Assembly (NCBI GenBank): GCA_963783575.1
Contig: CAWAOD010000005.1
Location: 288,001 to 352,000 of the forward strand
Length of the DNA stretch: 64,000 bases
Direction: 5' to 3'
DNA from: an uncultured Spirochaetota bacterium
GTDB lineage: Bacteria; Spirochaetota; Brevinematia; Brevinematales; JAOACQ01
This document shows, one piece after another, positions 53,093 to 63,269 of this stretch. Position numbers and translations under genes: made by a program. Numbering within the stretch: position 1 is the stretch's first letter; the number at the start of each line of letters is the position of its first letter. The notes beneath the pieces are model-generated. The model had not been told where the DNA came from. It worked only from the letters and a program-made list of their open reading frames with translations, and made no database searches.

Positions 53093-55621
53093 GTGATGGC
53101 AATGGAAATTATTGAAATTTCTCATGGCTGGTTATTTTCAGAGAAGGGTTCGGACGAATGGTTTCCCGCTCAAGTTCCGGGATGCGTTCATACCGATTTA
53201 TTGCTTAATAAAAAAATCGGTGATCCGTTTTACCGCATGAACGAGAAAGATCTTCAATGGATTGATAAAACCTGCTGGATATATAAGACAAATTTTAGAA
53301 TTGACGCCGTCTTGATGAATAAAAAGAATATAAGGCTGGACTTTAAAGGATTGGACACTTGTGCCTTTGTTTACCTGAACGGTGAATTGCTTTTCAAAGC
53401 AGACAATATGTTCAGGGAATGGAAAGCCGGTTGTAAAGGTTTCATCAAATCCGGTGATAATGAGTTGAAAATAGAATTCAGGCCGCCGGCGGAGATCGGT
53501 TTTGAGAAACTTCAAAGACTTGGTTTTCAGCCGCCGGCTGTGAACGATCAATCGGAAAATGGCGGAATGGGTGAAAACAGGATAAGCGTTTTTATCCGAA
53601 AGGCTCCGTATCATTTTGGCTGGGATTGGGGTCCAAGGCTTGTTACATCAGGGATCTGGCGGCCTATTTACCTCGAAGCCTGGGATGATGCGGTTATTGA
53701 AAATGCTTTCTATTTTGTTGAAAAAATAGAAAAACACAAAGCCATCATTTTTGCCGAATTCGAAATTCATTCATCGAAAATTCGAAATTTTGTTATAGAA
53801 ATTACCGATCTTAATAACAAGAAAATTTTGGTAGAAAAGACGGTTCATATTAAAAAAGGTGAAAATAAAATAAAATTAAGTTTTGAGATGGATAACCCAA
53901 TACTGTGGTGGATTAATGGCTTGGGCGATCCTTACTTGTATATTTTAAAAACTGAACTTAAAGTTGATGGAAAAACTATTGATGAAAAAACCGTTCCATT
54001 CGGTATAAGGACTGTGAAAGTTGTTCAAAAATCCGATCAGGCAGGCAGGGGATTTTATTTTGAGTTAAACGGGGTTCCCGTCTTTATGAAAGGGGCGAAT
54101 TATATTCCAAATGACAGTTTCCCATCACGTGTACCTGAGGAAAAGTATGAAAAGATCATTCAATCTGCCAAAGATGTGAATATGAATATGCTCCGTGTCT
54201 GGGGCGGTGGTATTTATGAAAACGATATTTTCTATGATTTATGCGACAGGAAAGGCATCCTGGTCTGGCATGATTTTATGTTTGCCTGCTCTATGTACCC
54301 GCTTGACAATGAATTTGAAAACAATATCAGGCAGGAATTCATTGATAATATAAAGAGGCTGAGGAACCATACCTGCATAGCCATCTGGTGCGGAAATAAC
54401 GAGATACAGAATGCCTGGGGCGAGGGAGACGAAAAAGCCGGATGGGGATGGAAACAGAAATTCAGTAAAAGTCAGCGCAAGTTTTTATGGGAGAGTTATT
54501 ACAAAAATTTTTATAAAATCCTGCCGGAAGTTTTGAAAGAACTTGATAACGGCAGGTATTACCGGCCTTCATCCCCAATCGCTGATTATTACGGCTATGA
54601 CGGGAAAACAGGCCTGATTTCCGGCGACAATCATTATTGGGCGGTATGGCACAACCGGGAACCTTTTGAGAAATATGCGGAAAACACCGGCAGGTTTATG
54701 AGCGAATACGGGTTTCAATCATACCCGGAAATCAAATCGGTCAAGAATTTCGTCATTCCTGAAGATTTTTCGGTTGATTCGGAAGTTATGTCGGCGCATC
54801 AGCGCAATGGAAAAGGGAATGAGATTATCAGGCAGTATATGGAGCGTTATTATAAAATGCCTGAGGATTTCAAATCAATCCTTTATTTAAGCCAGGTACT
54901 TCAGGCCGAGGGAATCAAAACGGGGGTGGAAGCTCATCGTTCTAAAATGCCTGTCTGTATGGGCTCTCTGTACTGGCAGTTAAATGACTGCTGGCCCGCG
55001 GCAAGCTGGTCATCAATTGACTATTACGGGCGCTGGAAAGCCCTCCATTATTTTATGAAAAAAGCCTTTGGAAAGTTTTTAGTATGTGCTTTTATGAATA
55101 CTGGAAATATTGAGATATTTATTATCTCAGATAATTTGACCCTTATTAATGCCGTTCTTGAAGTTAAATTTTTTGATTTCAGTGGGATCATTTTAAAAGA
55201 TATTTCATCAAAAATAACAGTTAAACCGAATTCTTCGGAAAAAGTTCTTGAAATCGGTAAAGCTGATTTTCCTGAAAATTTAAATCCTCAAAATTCTCTT
55301 TTGGTTATGGAATTAATTGATGGTAAAAACATTTTAACGGATAATATCTGTTACTTTTTACCTGTAAAGGAATTGATGCTGATCAAACCTTTAATTAATA
55401 CCATTATTGAAAATACTGATAAAGGCTATATTATTAAACTGGAGACCGATTATCTTGCAAAAAATGTATATCTGTCTTTCGAGAAAAATGACGGTTTTTT
55501 CTCGGACAACTATTTCGATTTAATCCCGGGCAGGAAAACCGGAATAACATTTACACCTGATGCAAAACTATTACAAATAAATGATAAGTTGAAAATAATG
55601 TCAATTGCGGATATTTATTAA
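53093..55621 (+). CDS. Beta-mannosidase (GH2)
   Basis: VPGCVHTDL, RKAPYHFGWDWGPR, KGANYIP, NMLRVWGGG.YE, WCGNNE, SEYGFQS, YWQLNDCWP. Confidence 0.93.
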   Translation: MMAMEIIEISHGWLFSEKGSDEWFPAQVPGCVHTDLLLNKKIGDPFYRMNEKDLQWIDKTCWIYKTNFRIDAVLMNKKNIRLDFKGLDTCAFVYLNGELLFKADNMFREWKAGCKGFIKSGDNELKIEFRPPAEIGFEKLQRLGFQPPAVNDQSENGGMGENRISVFIRKAPYHFGWDWGPRLVTSGIWRPIYLEAWDDAVIENAFYFVEKIEKHKAIIFAEFEIHSSKIRNFVIEITDLNNKKILVEKTVHIKKGENKIKLSFEMDNPILWWINGLGDPYLYILKTELKVDGKTIDEKTVPFGIRTVKVVQKSDQAGRGFYFELNGVPVFMKGANYIPNDSFPSRVPEEKYEKIIQSAKDVNMNMLRVWGGGIYENDIFYDLCDRKGILVWHDFMFACSMYPLDNEFENNIRQEFIDNIKRLRNHTCIAIWCGNNEIQNAWGEGDEKAGWGWKQKFSKSQRKFLWESYYKNFYKILPEVLKELDNGRYYRPSSPIADYYGYDGKTGLISGDNHYWAVWHNREPFEKYAENTGRFMSEYGFQSYPEIKSVKNFVIPEDFSVDSEVMSAHQRNGKGNEIIRQYMERYYKMPEDFKSILYLSQVLQAEGIKTGVEAHRSKMPVCMGSLYWQLNDCWPAASWSSIDYYGRWKALHYFMKKAFGKFLVCAFMNTGNIEIFIISDNLTLINAVLEVKFFDFSGIILKDISSKITVKPNSSEKVLEIGKADFPENLNPQNSLLVMELIDGKNILTDNICYFLPVKELMLIKPLINTIIENTDKGYIIKLETDYLAKNVYLSFEKNDGFFSDNYFDLIPGRKTGITFTPDAKLLQINDKLKIMSIADIY

Positions 55622-55716
55622 AAACAGATATTTTTTTATTATAATTTCATTTTTAATTAATAAGAGCGGTACTATATTATATGCATTGCCTCCTATTCAG
55701 CCATGATCCTACCTAT

Positions 55717-55750
55717 AAAAAAAGGGACGCCACAAAGCGCCCCTTTTTTT
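55717..55750. terminator. Bidirectional terminator
   Basis: A-tract, GGGACGC-loop-GCGCCCC stem, T-tract, between convergent genes. Confidence 0.75.
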
Positions 55751-57057
55751 TAGAACATTGTCCCAAGAATCAAATCTTTAGCACCTGTTTTCTCATCTGT
55801 TACTTTCAGTAGATTTTCAAGGTATTGCCCGGCTTCATCCAGCTTTTGACTTTCATTATAATGGATTGTATAAATCACATCTGAAATGTTTACATAATCA
55901 CCGGTTTTCTTCAGAAAAGTAAACCCGACAGCCGGATCTACCTTATCCTCCTGTTTGAGCCTGCCTCCGCCCAGCATTACAAGCGCTTTTCCAAGTCCGA
56001 GTGGATCGATGGATTCAAGAAAACCTTCGCGTTCTGCTTTAATTTCTTTTGTGTACTTTGACTTTGGCATTTTTTTTGTATCAACTATGGTTTTTGTATC
56101 TCCTCCCTGGCTTTCTACAACTTCCAGGAATTTTTTCATTGCCGAACCGTTATTAAGAACTTCCCGGATTTTCAATCTGCCGTCATTAATATCTTTAACA
56201 CGGTCAAAACGTTTCAGCAGAAGCGAACCTTCAATTTCAACAAGTTCGTTGATCTGAGGAATATATTTGCCTTTTAGCACGTCGATTGATTCCTCAATTT
56301 CCAATGAATTGCCGATTTTATAACCAAGAGGTTCATCCATTCTTGAGAAAATAATACAAACTTTCATGCCGAAGGTTTCACCTATGCTTTTCATCGTTTC
56401 GGCAAGCTCTTTTGCGGATTTAAAATCTTTCATGAAAGCCCCTTTTCCAACCTTCACGTCAAGAACAAGCCCTTTTATTCCTTCTGCAAGCTTTTTGCTC
56501 ATAATGCTTGATGCTATGAGAGGGATTGACTCAACGGTTGCAGTTACATCCCGTAGAGCATAAAGCTTTTTGTCCAGCGGCGCTATTTCGGGAGTCTGCC
56601 CTATAAGCGCGCAGCCTATCCGTTCAGTTTGTTTCTTAAATTCATGTAAAGAAAGATTTACTGAAAAACCGGGTATGGATTCCAGTTTATCGAGAGTGCC
56701 TCCCGTATGTCCCAATCCTCTGCCTGATATCATGGGAACATAAAAGCCCAGAGAGGCAAGAGCCGGAGCGAGGGGGATTGAAATCTTGTCCCCTACACCT
56801 CCTGTACTGTGTTTATCGGCAATTATACCGTTAAGACCGGAAAAATCCATTATAGTTCCCGAATTCAGCATTTTTTCTGTCCATACGGACAGTTCTTCTC
56901 TATCGAGCCCATTGAAATAAACAGCCATAAGCATAGCAGACATCTGGTAGTCCCTGACATCTCCGTTCATATAACTGTTAAGGAAAAAGTTGATATCTTT
57001 ACCGGAAAGCTTTAAACCGTTTCTTTTATCGGCTATGATGTCGGAAAAAAGACGCAT
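55750..57057 (-). CDS. pdp: Pyrimidine-nucleoside (thymidine) phosphorylase
   Basis: DKHSTGGVGDK, SGRGLGHTGGTLDKLESIPG, YALRDVTATV, SIMSKK. Confidence 0.95.
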   Translation of the reverse strand: MRLFSDIIADKRNGLKLSGKDINFFLNSYMNGDVRDYQMSAMLMAVYFNGLDREELSVWTEKMLNSGTIMDFSGLNGIIADKHSTGGVGDKISIPLAPALASLGFYVPMISGRGLGHTGGTLDKLESIPGFSVNLSLHEFKKQTERIGCALIGQTPEIAPLDKKLYALRDVTATVESIPLIASSIMSKKLAEGIKGLVLDVKVGKGAFMKDFKSAKELAETMKSIGETFGMKVCIIFSRMDEPLGYKIGNSLEIEESIDVLKGKYIPQINELVEIEGSLLLKRFDRVKDINDGRLKIREVLNNGSAMKKFLEVVESQGGDTKTIVDTKKMPKSKYTKEIKAEREGFLESIDPLGLGKALVMLGGGRLKQEDKVDPAVGFTFLKKTGDYVNISDVIYTIHYNESQKLDEAGQYLENLLKVTDEKTGAKDLILGTMF

Positions 57058-57079
57058 TAATTTCTCCTGAAGATATTAT

Positions 57080-57556
57080 TTATTTCCATTTTTCGAGATT
57101 TATTCCAAGTTCCTTTGGCCCGAAAGCATATGGCAAGAGCTCATTTATGCCTGTGATACCGATTTTTGTCATTCCGGTATTTGACAGTATGATTTCCAGA
57201 TCAAAGCCCGATAACTGAGAGGCTTCGTAGAGCATCTGGCGGCAAGACCCGCAAGGAGCTGTAAAATCATCGCTTTTCGGTTCTTTATCAGTCCTTGCTA
57301 TAATAGCGATCGATTTAATTGATCGAATACCCATGGAATTAGCCCGGCATAATGCCGCTCTTTCCGCGCAGATACTAGATCCGTAAGCCGAATTCTCAAT
57401 GTTTGCACCGGTTATAATACTTCCGCTTGAAGCAAGTACCGCGGCGCCGACATAAAAGTGAGAATAAGGGTTATAAGCGTTTTCCATAGTTTCCTTTGCT
57501 GCTTTCAGAAGATCTTTTTGAATCTTAGAAAGATCCTCATACTTGATTATTTTCAT
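57080..57556 (-). CDS. cdd: Cytidine deaminase
   Basis: AYNPYS.F.VGAA, G.NIEN, CAER, PCG.CRQ. Confidence 0.95.
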   Translation of the reverse strand: MKIIKYEDLSKIQKDLLKAAKETMENAYNPYSHFYVGAAVLASSGSIITGANIENSAYGSSICAERAALCRANSMGIRSIKSIAIIARTDKEPKSDDFTAPCGSCRQMLYEASQLSGFDLEIILSNTGMTKIGITGINELLPYAFGPKELGINLEKWK

Positions 57557-57604
57557 ATTGCCTCTAAATTAATAATAAATTAAAATTCTAAATTTGGTTT
57601 GAAA

Positions 57605-57753
57605 TATGGGCAGTTCTAAAATCTTCTTTAAACTACACTTTTTATCCAATGGAACTGCCCATGAAGTTTTTGTAAGTGTATATGAAAGAAGAACAAAAAC
57701 TTCATCATTAATTTAACAGGCACTTCTAAAAATGAGTTTTTAGAAGTGCCCAT
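57605..57753. repeat. ~145-bp MITE/REP-like element, copy 2 (inverted relative to copy 1)
   Basis: GGGCAGTTC...GAACTGCCC, ATGAAGTTTTTGT...ACAAAAACTTCAT, GGCACTTCTAAAAA-TGAG-TTTTTAGAAGTGCC. Confidence 0.8.
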
Positions 57754-57778
57754 ATTATAACTTTTATTTTTAGATATC

Positions 57779-57853
57779 AAAACTTTTGCAAACTAAACGA
57801 TTCTATATTTGGTAAGTCGAAAGTCGGTTAGTCGGTTAGTTTGCAAAAGTTTT
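57779..57853. repeat. 22-bp inverted repeat enclosing AGTCGGTT tandem units
   Basis: AAAACTTTTGCAAACTAAACGA versus reverse complement of TCGGTTAGTTTGCAAAAGTTTT (21/22 match). Confidence 0.7.
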
Positions 57854-57933
57854 ATTTGTAGTTTCACTTGAAAATTGTTATAATTTCCATTATCTTTCAG
57901 TCATATGAAAGTATACCAGGTTTAGAGGTTATA

Positions 57934-60157
57934 ATGCTTATTTATTCGTTTGTGTTTTTTCTCGCTTTTATCATTTATATCGAAATGGGTATTTATATTT
58001 TTCATCTCAATCCGAGATCGAAGCTTAATATCTGGTTTTTCATAATGTGCATTGTATTTGCGGTTTGGACAATGGATAATGTTTTGTTTCATATTATAAA
58101 AGATAAAGATAGAATCCTGTTATATCATAAAATATTTTCTTTCAGCTGGTGTATATTTCCGGGTATTGTTCTTCAATTGGTTTTAATATTGACTGGCAGG
58201 GATAAATTACTAAAAAAATGGTGGTTTTATTTTATCCTTTATCTGCCTGGAATTTTCATCGCTATTGAAGAGATTAATGGAGTATCCATTGTAAAGGAAT
58301 TTACCCCGAGTAATTTTGGGTGGAAAGCAGTTTATAACTTAAAATCATATCTTTACTGGATGTATGAATTTTATTATGTTATCTGCTTATTGGCAAGTAT
58401 CATAATTACCTGGAGATGGGGACAGATTACAGTTGATCCCCGTGAAAAGAAACAAGCCAATGTATTTAATATCTGCAGCAGTATAACTTTTATTTTGGGT
58501 TTCACTGCCGAAACAATACTACCCATCTTGAATATTCGATTTATACCGCCTATGGCAACGGTTTTTATGCTGCTTCTGATGTTTGGCACTTGGTATGCTA
58601 TAGCAAAATACAGGTTTTTAGCGGTTACGCCGTCATTTGCCGCCGATGAAATAGTATCCAATATGATGGATATAATGTTGATTTTGAATCCCGACAGCAG
58701 AATAACATCGGTAAATCAGAGAGCTTCTTGAATTAATAGGATACCGGGAAAATGAAATTAATGGAAAATCATTTTCAGATCTGATTATTGAAAAAAATGA
58801 TTTTGATTCGGAATTAACAAAAATTCAAGCGAGGAATAGTTATAAATCATTGATCAAATTAAATTTTATTACTAAAAAATACTCATATATTCCTGTCGGA
58901 GCTTCAATATCAAGAATAAATAATAAAGACGGCGATATTGCCGGAATATTAATCGTTGGGGAAGATCTTACACTGGCGAATCGGCTTCAGCTTGAAATTT
59001 CGGAAAAAGAGCAGATCGGTGATTTATTAAAGGGAGAGAAAGCTAATTTTTATTTAATGATGCAGAATGCTCCATATGGGGTTATGTATGTTGATAATCA
59101 TAGAGATGTACAGTATATAAATCCTCATTTTACAAATATCACAGGCTATACGACCGATGATATCGGCAGTCTTGATGACTGGTTTATCAGGGCACTGCCC
59201 GATACCATATATCGTAAGGAAATTTTGAATCATTGGGAAAAGGATATGGATTTTGAAGGAATTATCAGCAGGTCTTTCAGTTTAACAAGCAAAAGTGGAG
59301 AGTTGAAAGAAATAGAATTTAAAACGTCCTATTTGGATAAGAACAGGACAATAATAACTTTGCTGGATGTCACGGACAAGCAAAGAGCGGAGGAAGAAAT
59401 CAGGAATGCTAAAAATATGCTTGAAGTCCGTGTAACGGAACGTACGGCCGAACTGGAAAAGATTAACCGGGTTTTGATCGATGAAATAAAAGAAAGGAAA
59501 AAAGTTGAGAATAGGTTAAACATTTCATTGCATGAAAAAGAAATTTTATTAAAAGAGATACATCATAGAGTGAAAAACAACCTTCAGATAATTTCAAGCT
59601 TACTGGCGCTTCAATCAAATTATATAAACGATCCGCAAATCCTTGAGATTTTTAAGGAAAGCCAGAACCGGATTAAGACAATAGCTTTGATCCATGAAAA
59701 TTTATACCAATCTCCCGATCTTTCAAGAATCAATATGATGGAATACATTAATAATCTTGTGGCCGATTTACTCTATTCATATTGTGCAAATACGGATAAA
59801 ATTAAAACTACTATTCAAACAGATGATATATCTCTTAATATTGAAACAGCAATGCCCTGCAGCCTTGTCTTAAATGAGCTGCTGACAAATAGTATAAAGC
59901 ATGCCTTTCCGGATAACAGGAACGGAATGATTACAGTCAGGTTTAAATCGGAAATTGGAAATCAGATTAATATGGAAGTCAGCGATAACGGTATCGGCTT
60001 ACCTGAACAATTTTCGGTTAATAAAACAAAATCTCTCGGATTAAAGCTTGTCAAAAATCTAACAAAGCAGTTAAACGGTAAATTGAATATAAATAGTGAG
60101 GGCGGAACTGCCGTTAAAATAATATTTAAAGAATTAATATATCAGGATAGAGGATAA
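57934..60157 (+). pseudogene. 7TM-PAS-PAS HisKA_2/HWE-type sensor histidine kinase split by a one-base insertion
   Basis: 7TM N-terminal region, PAS (VNQRA then LELIGY), EIHHRVKNNLQ, NELLTNSIKHAF, DNGIG; extra T near 58724-58728. Confidence 0.85.
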
Positions 60158-60187
60158 GTCTATCAAATTATCTATTAGAGGTTTTAT

Positions 60188-61201
60188 ATGAAAGAAGCCG
60201 GATATTATTCCAGAATTGAGGAAAATAAGGTGGAGTGCCACCTTTGTCCGCATAACTGCATTATTAAAAGCGGCAATTCAGGTATTTGCGGAGCAAGGAA
60301 AAATTTTGACGGAATATTGAACAGTTTGAATTACGGGGTTATTTCAAGTATGTCTTTGGACCCGATTGAAAAGAAACCTCTTTACCATTTCTATCCGGGT
60401 TCACAAATACTTTCAATCGGTACGGTAGGATGCAACCTGCACTGTCTTTTCTGCCAGAATTATAATATTTCAAGATATTTTGACGAATCCGATCTTATAC
60501 CGATGGAAAATTATAAACCTTCTGATATCCTGGATGAACTTAAAAAAAGAAACCGGAACTCCCCGGGGACATTTTTTTCAGGCGTTGCTTACACATATTC
60601 CGAGCCTCTTGTCTGGATTGAATTTGTTTATGAGACTTCCAGGCTATTGAAGGAAAACGGTTATCAAAATGTTCTGGTTACAAACGGGTATGTAAATCCC
60701 GAACCGTTGAAAGATCTTCTGCCATATATATCGGCTGCAAATATCGATTTGAAGGCATTTACGGAAGAGAATTACAAAAAACTCGGAGGAAAGCTTAAAC
60801 CGGTTCTTGATACGATAACGGCTTTCAAAAATGCAGGAGTTCACATCGAACTCACAACTCTTGTAGTTACAAAATTTAATGATAATCCGGATGAGCTTGA
60901 ATCCCTTGTAAAATGGATTGCAGGACTGGATAAAAAAATTCCGCTACATCTTTCACGGTATTTCCCGCAGTATAAATACAAAGAACCACCTACTGACAGT
61001 AAATTGCTAGAAAATATCCGCAAGATGGCTGAAAGTTACCTGAGTTATGTTTATCTTGGCAATACAGGCAGCGACTCTGACACACTCTGCCCGACATGCA
61101 GAAGTACGCTGGTCGAAAGGCAGGGGTATCATACAAGGATAAAAGGAATTATGGATAAAAAATGCAGGGAATGTGGAAATAAAACCGATATAATTCAATG
61201 A
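60188..61201 (+). CDS. AmmeMemoRadiSam system radical SAM enzyme
   Basis: CHLCPHNC, DPIEKKPLYHF.PG, GCNLHCLFCQN, YTYSEP, C-terminal CPTC...CREC. Confidence 0.92.
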   Translation: MKEAGYYSRIEENKVECHLCPHNCIIKSGNSGICGARKNFDGILNSLNYGVISSMSLDPIEKKPLYHFYPGSQILSIGTVGCNLHCLFCQNYNISRYFDESDLIPMENYKPSDILDELKKRNRNSPGTFFSGVAYTYSEPLVWIEFVYETSRLLKENGYQNVLVTNGYVNPEPLKDLLPYISAANIDLKAFTEENYKKLGGKLKPVLDTITAFKNAGVHIELTTLVVTKFNDNPDELESLVKWIAGLDKKIPLHLSRYFPQYKYKEPPTDSKLLENIRKMAESYLSYVYLGNTGSDSDTLCPTCRSTLVERQGYHTRIKGIMDKKCRECGNKTDIIQ

Positions 61202-61872
61202 CCCATTTTTTTCATAACTTCATGTACTAATTCCGCTGTAATTCCCCAGATTGTGCCCTTTTCCGTACGGTAGGCAAAAATACGGTAAAGCCTGCCTCCC
61301 CAGGGTTTTTCATAGTTTTCCGGAAGGCCAAGTTCTTTGACCGGTAAAAGCAGAATATTTTTTCCGTTTTCATCAATGCAGGAAGGCTGAACTTCAAGGC
61401 GGACTTTATATTCTTCAAGATTTTTTTCGTAGAAGAATGAAACCGGCAGTAAAAAAGCTTCTTCCACCTCGCTTTTACGTATATTAAGCTCAGAAATATC
61501 ATCAATAATGAGTTTGCCGATAAAAGCATCCACTACCACCCCCATCGGCGTGATCAATGTATCAAGCCTTCCGGCAATTACAATTTTATTTTTTTCAACA
61601 CCCAATTCTTCAATGGTTTCCCTTATCGCCGTTTTTTTGTATGATGGCCCATATCTGTCAATATCAAGTTTCGGATCTATCTTTCCGCCGGGAAAACAGA
61701 TTTCGCCTTTCTGGCGGATACTCTCGGACCGCTTTTGAAACAGAAAATGGTACTCCCCTGTTTTCCATACAAGCGGAATGAATACCCCGCTGTTAAAGAA
61801 TCTTTCCCTGCCTAAAAGACCAGGTTTGTGTGGTAATATTTTCTTTAAATTCTCAAAATCTTTTTGATCCAT
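61195..61872 (-). CDS. Nudix hydrolase, CoA pyrophosphatase-like
   Basis: KRS..IRQ.GEICFPGG, AIRETIEELG, IWGITA. Confidence 0.88.
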   Translation of the reverse strand: MDQKDFENLKKILPHKPGLLGRERFFNSGVFIPLVWKTGEYHFLFQKRSESIRQKGEICFPGGKIDPKLDIDRYGPSYKKTAIRETIEELGVEKNKIVIAGRLDTLITPMGVVVDAFIGKLIIDDISELNIRKSEVEEAFLLPVSFFYEKNLEEYKVRLEVQPSCIDENGKNILLLPVKELGLPENYEKPWGGRLYRIFAYRTEKGTIWGITAELVHEVMKKMGH

Positions 61873-61886
61873 TCAGGTTTCCATAA

Positions 61887-63098
61887 TTAAATTTGTTCAG
61901 CATACTTTTCAATCGAGTTCTTTAATATTTTTAACCCTTCTTCCATTTCCATCTTTGTGATGTTAAGCGCCGGAAAGATCCTTATAACTTTTCCCTGCGT
62001 CAGGTTGAGTATCAATCCCTTTCCCAGGCATTCAATATATATTTTTTCTGCAATATCTTTTTTGAAGAATTCCATCGCTATCAACAAACCTTTTCCCCTT
62101 ATAGAAAAGATTGTTCCGGGATATTTATTCATCCAGTTGTTTAACAGATTGAAAGTTAATGTACTTATTGAGTTTACATTATCCCATATCTTTTGTTCAA
62201 TCATATATTTAATCACTGCAAAGCTTACTGCGCAGCCAAGAGGATTTCCGACGTATGTACCGCCATGATCCCCTTTTTCCAGTCTTGAAGAAATTTCCTC
62301 AGTTATTGCAAAAGCCGCGAATGGAAATCCTCCGGCAATGCCTTTTGCCATTGTGAGTATATCAACCCTGACATTATCCCTAATTGAACAAAATGCCGGA
62401 CCGGTTCTCCAGAAACCCGTTTGAATTTCATCAATAATCAGGTATGCATGGTTTTTTATGCAAAGTTCGGATACTTTTTCAATATAATTATCCCCCGGGA
62501 CGTTAATTCCTCCCTCGCCCTGAATCGGCTCAAGAATAACAGCTGCAGTATCGTTTTTTATCTGTTTTGCTATAGTATCAATATCATTATAAGGAACAAA
62601 ACTAAAGTCAGGCATTAGAGGCTTGAATTTTTTAAGAACACTTGACTGCCCTGTTGCGGAAATTGTACCGATTGTTCTTCCATGGAAGCTTAATTCCGTA
62701 GATATTATATTTAGCTTGCCGGAGGCCTTCCTGGCTAATTTAATTGCTGCGTCATTAGCCTCGGCGCCGCTGTTTGTAAAAAAGATTCTGCTAAGATAAG
62801 GCGGTAATATCCCGGAAAGAAGTTCCAGCAGTCTTGCCCTTGCGGGTGAATAAGTGTTTCCGGAATTCGGGTTCTGAATAATCTTTTTCCCCTGTTCTGA
62901 CAATGCCCTGGTAATAACCGGATTTGCATGCCCGATGCATGTTACCCCCCAGCCTGAGGTAAAATCAAAATATTTTTTTCCATTTTCATCCCAGACATAA
63001 ACGCCTTTTCCTTTAGCAACGGAAATTTTCTTTTTATCCGTCGGAAAAGGCGCAAGGTATTTATCCTCAATTGAGATTGTTTTCATATTTTTATCCAT
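61887..63098 (-). CDS. Class III aminotransferase (acetylornithine aminotransferase-like)
   Basis: NSGAEAND, FHGRT, EPIQGEGG, DEIQTG..RTG, AKGIAGG, HGGTY.GNP. Confidence 0.88.
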   Translation of the reverse strand: MDKNMKTISIEDKYLAPFPTDKKKISVAKGKGVYVWDENGKKYFDFTSGWGVTCIGHANPVITRALSEQGKKIIQNPNSGNTYSPARARLLELLSGILPPYLSRIFFTNSGAEANDAAIKLARKASGKLNIISTELSFHGRTIGTISATGQSSVLKKFKPLMPDFSFVPYNDIDTIAKQIKNDTAAVILEPIQGEGGINVPGDNYIEKVSELCIKNHAYLIIDEIQTGFWRTGPAFCSIRDNVRVDILTMAKGIAGGFPFAAFAITEEISSRLEKGDHGGTYVGNPLGCAVSFAVIKYMIEQKIWDNVNSISTLTFNLLNNWMNKYPGTIFSIRGKGLLIAMEFFKKDIAEKIYIECLGKGLILNLTQGKVIRIFPALNITKMEMEEGLKILKNSIEKYAEQI

Positions 63099-63269
63099 AA
63101 TAGCTCCTGATTATTTTTAACGAATTATAATTATAAGTCATTGTGTTTAATAGTCAAAATATTGTTATGAACAGTCTGTAGTTGCGAAAATTTCCTGTTT
63201 ACCCTAAAATTAAATTGATGGTATAAGGTTTATATCTGAAACCATCCATTAATTTTCAAAATTAAATTT

